Below are positions 60,627 through 64,000 of a stretch of 64,000 bases of DNA, one piece after another (positions within the stretch are counted from its first letter, which is position 1; every line of letters begins with the position of its first letter). The DNA comes from Myxococcota bacterium. Its GTDB lineage: Bacteria > Myxococcota_A > Polyangia > Nannocystales > Nannocystaceae. The stretch covers positions 352,001 to 416,000 of the forward strand of contig JBCCHT010000002.1 in NCBI GenBank assembly GCA_039028615.1. The letters are read 5' to 3'. A program made the translations under genes and the position numbers. The notes beneath the pieces were generated by a model. That model was not told the DNA's origin and did not search any database. It worked only from the letters and a program-made list of their open reading frames with translations.

Positions 60627-61829
60627 ATGGGCGTGAACAAGGCAGCAGCACTCGGGGCAGGCATGGCGATGACGATGCTGGCGACCGGCTGCGTCGAGCG
60701 CCTCATCTACGACCACGTCTGCGGCAACGGCATCGTCACCCCGGGCGAGCTGTGCCTCGGCCTGGGGGATCGCCGCGAGGTGGTGGTCGACACCCTCGCG
60801 CCGCTGTCGTTGCGCACGGGCGACTTCAACGGGGACCTGAACGCCGACCTCATGGTCTTGGGCACCGAGCCCTCGGGCATCGTCGCGGCGCGGCTGTGGC
60901 TCGGTGACGGCGACGGTGGGCTCTCCCCTCCCCTCGACCCCGGCGTCGGGGGGTGCAGTGCTCATCCCGTGGCGGGCTCGCTCGGCGACGACACGGCCGA
61001 CGACCTGCTCGTCGATGACTGTGGGCCTTCGGTCTCGTTGTTTCGCGGCACCAGCAGCGGCACCTTCCAGTCCGCGCTGACGGTGGTCACCGGGGTCGCG
61101 ACCCACGGCTCCGGCATGATCGACCTCGACGACGATGGCCTGCACGACGTCGTCATCTTCGGCTCGCTGCCCGAGGACCAGGGCGGCCTCGCGCTGGCCG
61201 TGGCCCAGCAGACCTCGCCCGGCGTGTTCCGGCCCCCTTCGATCAGCAACGTCGAAGGCGGCCCGCTCGGCCTCGAGCCCAACGGATGGAGCATGCTCGA
61301 CTACGACGGCGACCCGCACCGCGACGTCATGCTCGTGCAGTCGGATCTCCCGGGGGGCATCGCCATCAGCCGGGGGCTGGACAACTTCAACTTCAGCGCG
61401 CCCGAGCCGGTGGGTCCGCCCGGGCTTCAGGTCAGCTGGGCCGCCGTGCGAGACCTCGATGGCGACGGCACCGAAGAGGTGCTCGCCGCCAGCTACGACG
61501 CCCAAGCGCTCATCGTGCTCGACTTCGACGACGGGCTGCTCGTGGAGCGACGCCGTAGCTCGATCCCTGGCCTGCAGCCCAGCCCCATCGCTCTCGACGA
61601 CGTCGACGGCAACGGCACGCTCGACCTCGTCCGCGTCGAATCGGGCGTGACCAACCTCGACGTCTGGCAGGGGCAGGAGGACGGGCGCTTCACCGGGCCC
61701 ACCTCGATCGATCTCGACGCCCCCATCGATCAGCTCGCCCTGACCGACCTCGACAACGACGGGGTGCTCGACATCGTGGCCGGGAGCTTCGGTGAGTCCC
61801 GGGTCCGGGTGCTGCTCAGCGATCCCTGA
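60627..61829 (+). CDS. FG-GAP/VCBS repeat lipoprotein
   Basis: LATGC lipobox; GDFNGDLNADL, DLDDDGLHD, DYDGDPHRD, DLDGDG, DVDGNGTLD, DLDNDGVLD. Confidence 0.88.
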   Translation: MGVNKAAALGAGMAMTMLATGCVERLIYDHVCGNGIVTPGELCLGLGDRREVVVDTLAPLSLRTGDFNGDLNADLMVLGTEPSGIVAARLWLGDGDGGLSPPLDPGVGGCSAHPVAGSLGDDTADDLLVDDCGPSVSLFRGTSSGTFQSALTVVTGVATHGSGMIDLDDDGLHDVVIFGSLPEDQGGLALAVAQQTSPGVFRPPSISNVEGGPLGLEPNGWSMLDYDGDPHRDVMLVQSDLPGGIAISRGLDNFNFSAPEPVGPPGLQVSWAAVRDLDGDGTEEVLAASYDAQALIVLDFDDGLLVERRRSSIPGLQPSPIALDDVDGNGTLDLVRVESGVTNLDVWQGQEDGRFTGPTSIDLDAPIDQLALTDLDNDGVLDIVAGSFGESRVRVLLSDP

Positions 61830-61985
61830 GACGGCTGGAGCAAAGGCAACGTTCCTGCACCAGCGAGCGTGTTTTCGGTGAGGTCCACGGGGATGCGACG
61901 GCCGAACGGGCCCACTTTGGTGCGAGCGCGCGCCAATCGGTCACTCACCGGTTGCCGCGCCAACGCGGGGCAGTAGCATGGAGGC

Positions 61986-63008
61986 ATGAGTGGAGGGGCA
62001 CGGGCCTGGGTCGGAGCGACCATCGTGGCCCTGGGTCTCGGCATCGCGACGGGAGTCGGGTGCGGGCGCTCGCCCGTATGGCTGCCCTGCGATGGGCTTG
62101 AGACGGTCGAGAACGTGCCCGCGCTCAGCTGCGATCACCCCGCGTGTGCCTCGGCGACCTCGCTGTACCTCGATATCGGGGCCGATAACGTGCTCATCGT
62201 GCAGGACCGCTCGTGTTCGATGGCCGAGCTCATCGATGGGCGCAACAAGTGGTCCCGGGCCGTCGAGGCGCTGGTGGGCGTGCTGACCGACCCGCGCTCG
62301 ACCACCGTGCGATGGGGGCTCTCGCTGTTTCCCGACGGCAACAACGACGGGATCCAGGGACCCATCATCGTGCCGGTCGCGGCCGGCCAGAGCGGGACGA
62401 TCGCCGCCCTGCTGACCAACGCGCTGGACCGCAACGATCGAAACCACCCGCAGCAACCCGGCGAGGGCTGCTTCACCAACCTGGCGGACGCGCTCGATCA
62501 GGCGGCCGACCCCCGCGTCTTCTCCGGCCTCGACGGCAGCAGCCACCTGTTGCTGATCACCGATGGCTTCGCGCGACACGGCGGCGAGGTTGCCTCCAGC
62601 CTGGTGAGCATCCTGCAAGAACTCCACGATGAGGGCACCCCCACCTTCGTGGTGGGCTTCGGCGCGCGGGTCAGTACCAACACGCTCAATGCCCTCGCCC
62701 GCGCGGGTGGGGTGCCGGCCTCGGCCAGCACGGGCTACTACGACGCGGGCCTCGAGGACCTCAGCGGCGCCCTGCTCGAGGTCGTGCAGGGGCTCCGCTG
62801 CCGCCACCGCATCGACCTGCCGCCCGAGGACGTGTCCCGCCTGCTGGTGCGATGGGCCGACGACACCTTCATCCCCGCCGCCCCCAACGGGGGAGACGGG
62901 TGGCGCTACGACGTGGAGCTGGGCGCCCTGGTGTTCTCGGGCTGGGCCTGCGAGCAGCTGCTCGTCGGCGACGTCACGGGGATCGAGCTCGACCTCGACT
63001 GCGGCTAG
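61986..63008 (+). CDS. vWA domain lipoprotein
   Basis: VGC lipobox; LIVQDRSCSM, LLLITDG, TFVVGFG, LNALARAGG. Confidence 0.8.
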   Translation: MSGGARAWVGATIVALGLGIATGVGCGRSPVWLPCDGLETVENVPALSCDHPACASATSLYLDIGADNVLIVQDRSCSMAELIDGRNKWSRAVEALVGVLTDPRSTTVRWGLSLFPDGNNDGIQGPIIVPVAAGQSGTIAALLTNALDRNDRNHPQQPGEGCFTNLADALDQAADPRVFSGLDGSSHLLLITDGFARHGGEVASSLVSILQELHDEGTPTFVVGFGARVSTNTLNALARAGGVPASASTGYYDAGLEDLSGALLEVVQGLRCRHRIDLPPEDVSRLLVRWADDTFIPAAPNGGDGWRYDVELGALVFSGWACEQLLVGDVTGIELDLDCG

Positions 63009-63015
63009 CGACTCG

Positions 63016-64000
63016 CTACTCGTCCACCACGTTGATGAACATCTCCGCCAGCGCCTCGTGTCCGGCGGCCGTGGGGTGGATGCAGGTCAGGTCGAACCAG
63101 TTCTCGTTGCCTTCGCCCCGGTAGCAGACGTTGTCCGGATCCCCGGCCTTGAACCCGTGACCGCAGAATGACTCGAACATGAACACCAGGTCGGTGCCCG
63201 TCTCCGAGGCCACCCGCGCGTACTCCTCGTTGATGAGGTTGAGCGAGCCCAGCAGCAGCTCGGGGTTCTTCGGGTTGGCATCGAAGCCCGCCACGCTGGC
63301 CGCGGGACAGCTCAGCACGTCGACGGTGAAGTCGGTGTACTCGTAGACGTTGGCGTTGACCACGAACACGCCGTTGGGGAAGCGGTCGGGCTCCACCAGC
63401 CAATTGATGGCGTCTTCGTGGTGCTGGACCATCTCTTCGAGGTCGTGGAAGACATCGGCGATGGGCACGCCCGCGATCGAGTCCTGGGCGATCGATGACA
63501 CGTCGTTGCCCCCCATGGTCATGATGACCAGGGTTCGCTGATCGAAGTCCTCGACCGAGAAGCAGTCCTCCATCTGGCCCATGATGTCGTCGTTGCGAGC
63601 GCCCCAGACGGCACACGACGCAAAGTCTCCGCTCTCCTGAATGACCGAGGTCCCGCCGAAGGGGTCGAATTGCTGCCACAACGCTTGGGGTGCCTCGAGC
63701 CCGAAGCGCTCGGCCAGCTGATCGGCGACCAGGCTCCGATAGAACCCGGGCACGGGTGCGGGGGGAGTGCCCACCGTCACGGAGTCCCCCAAGAACACCA
63801 CCCGCTCGATCTCGGTGATGTCCTGGTGGTCGGTGCCCTGGCAGTGCTCGCCCACGGTCACGCCCAGCTTGGTGTAGTCGGGCCCCGGCGACTCGCCGTG
63901 CACGAACTGGTCGTTGAGGCACGCCAGCCCGCGGGGCTCCTCTTCTCCCGTGCTCGACTCCTCGCCCTCTTCTTCAGCCCCGCCCGCGGTCGTGTCCCCG
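63016..64000 (-). CDS. SGNH/GDSL hydrolase family protein, 5' end runs off window
   Basis: FLGDSVT (block I), MGGND (block III), CIHP (block V). The frame stays open from 63903 to the window edge (acidic G/E/T linker). Confidence 0.85.
   Translation of the reverse strand, partial: GDTTAGGAEEEGEESSTGEEEPRGLACLNDQFVHGESPGPDYTKLGVTVGEHCQGTDHQDITEIERVVFLGDSVTVGTPPAPVPGFYRSLVADQLAERFGLEAPQALWQQFDPFGGTSVIQESGDFASCAVWGARNDDIMGQMEDCFSVEDFDQRTLVIMTMGGNDVSSIAQDSIAGVPIADVFHDLEEMVQHHEDAINWLVEPDRFPNGVFVVNANVYEYTDFTVDVLSCPAASVAGFDANPKNPELLLGSLNLINEEYARVASETGTDLVFMFESFCGHGFKAGDPDNVCYRGEGNENWFDLTCIHPTAAGHEALAEMFINVVDE

Noticed and set aside
60627..63008. FG-GAP and vWA lipoproteins as members of the nuclease operon
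   Set aside because: Separated by gaps of about 170 and 155 bp, unlike the overlapping upstream genes, and both are common myxobacterial families. Membership is unsupported.
63016..63120. SGNH block V reads TCIHP rather than DxxHP
   Set aside because: An Asp lies two residues further upstream and such variants are common; the gene is also incomplete in this window.

Overview
High-GC bacterial chromosomal window. The gene content points to a myxobacterium, probably Nannocystaceae-like (inference): several Ser/Thr kinase-TPR proteins, ECF sigma factors, a MYXO-CTERM-type protein, a DUF1552/DUF1592 pair and lipoproteins with T/G/D-rich linkers. In order it holds: a partial Rpn nuclease; an atuBCDEF-like acyl-CoA operon ending in a BKACE enzyme, with a divergent SCP2 gene; xth; an apparently accessory block (DUF2182 + tyrosinase, then a coupled DEDDh exonuclease + Pol-beta-type nucleotidyltransferase); LysR/epimerase; APH-like kinase; APC permease; bamD; two ECF sigmas and four kinases; exbB-exbD-tonB; adenosine deaminase; and a tightly coupled five-gene operon. 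That operon encodes a lamin-tail-domain (LTD) lipoprotein, an SNase+OB lipoprotein, a 5xLTD lipoprotein, a second SNase lipoprotein and a ComEA-like HhH protein with a predicted outer-membrane barrel. It is the best candidate for an undescribed system: a surface machine for capturing, cutting and importing extracellular DNA. The exonuclease-NTase pair is the second candidate. I recognised no rRNA, tRNA or CRISPR array. All family assignments come from reading motifs by eye; no searches were run.
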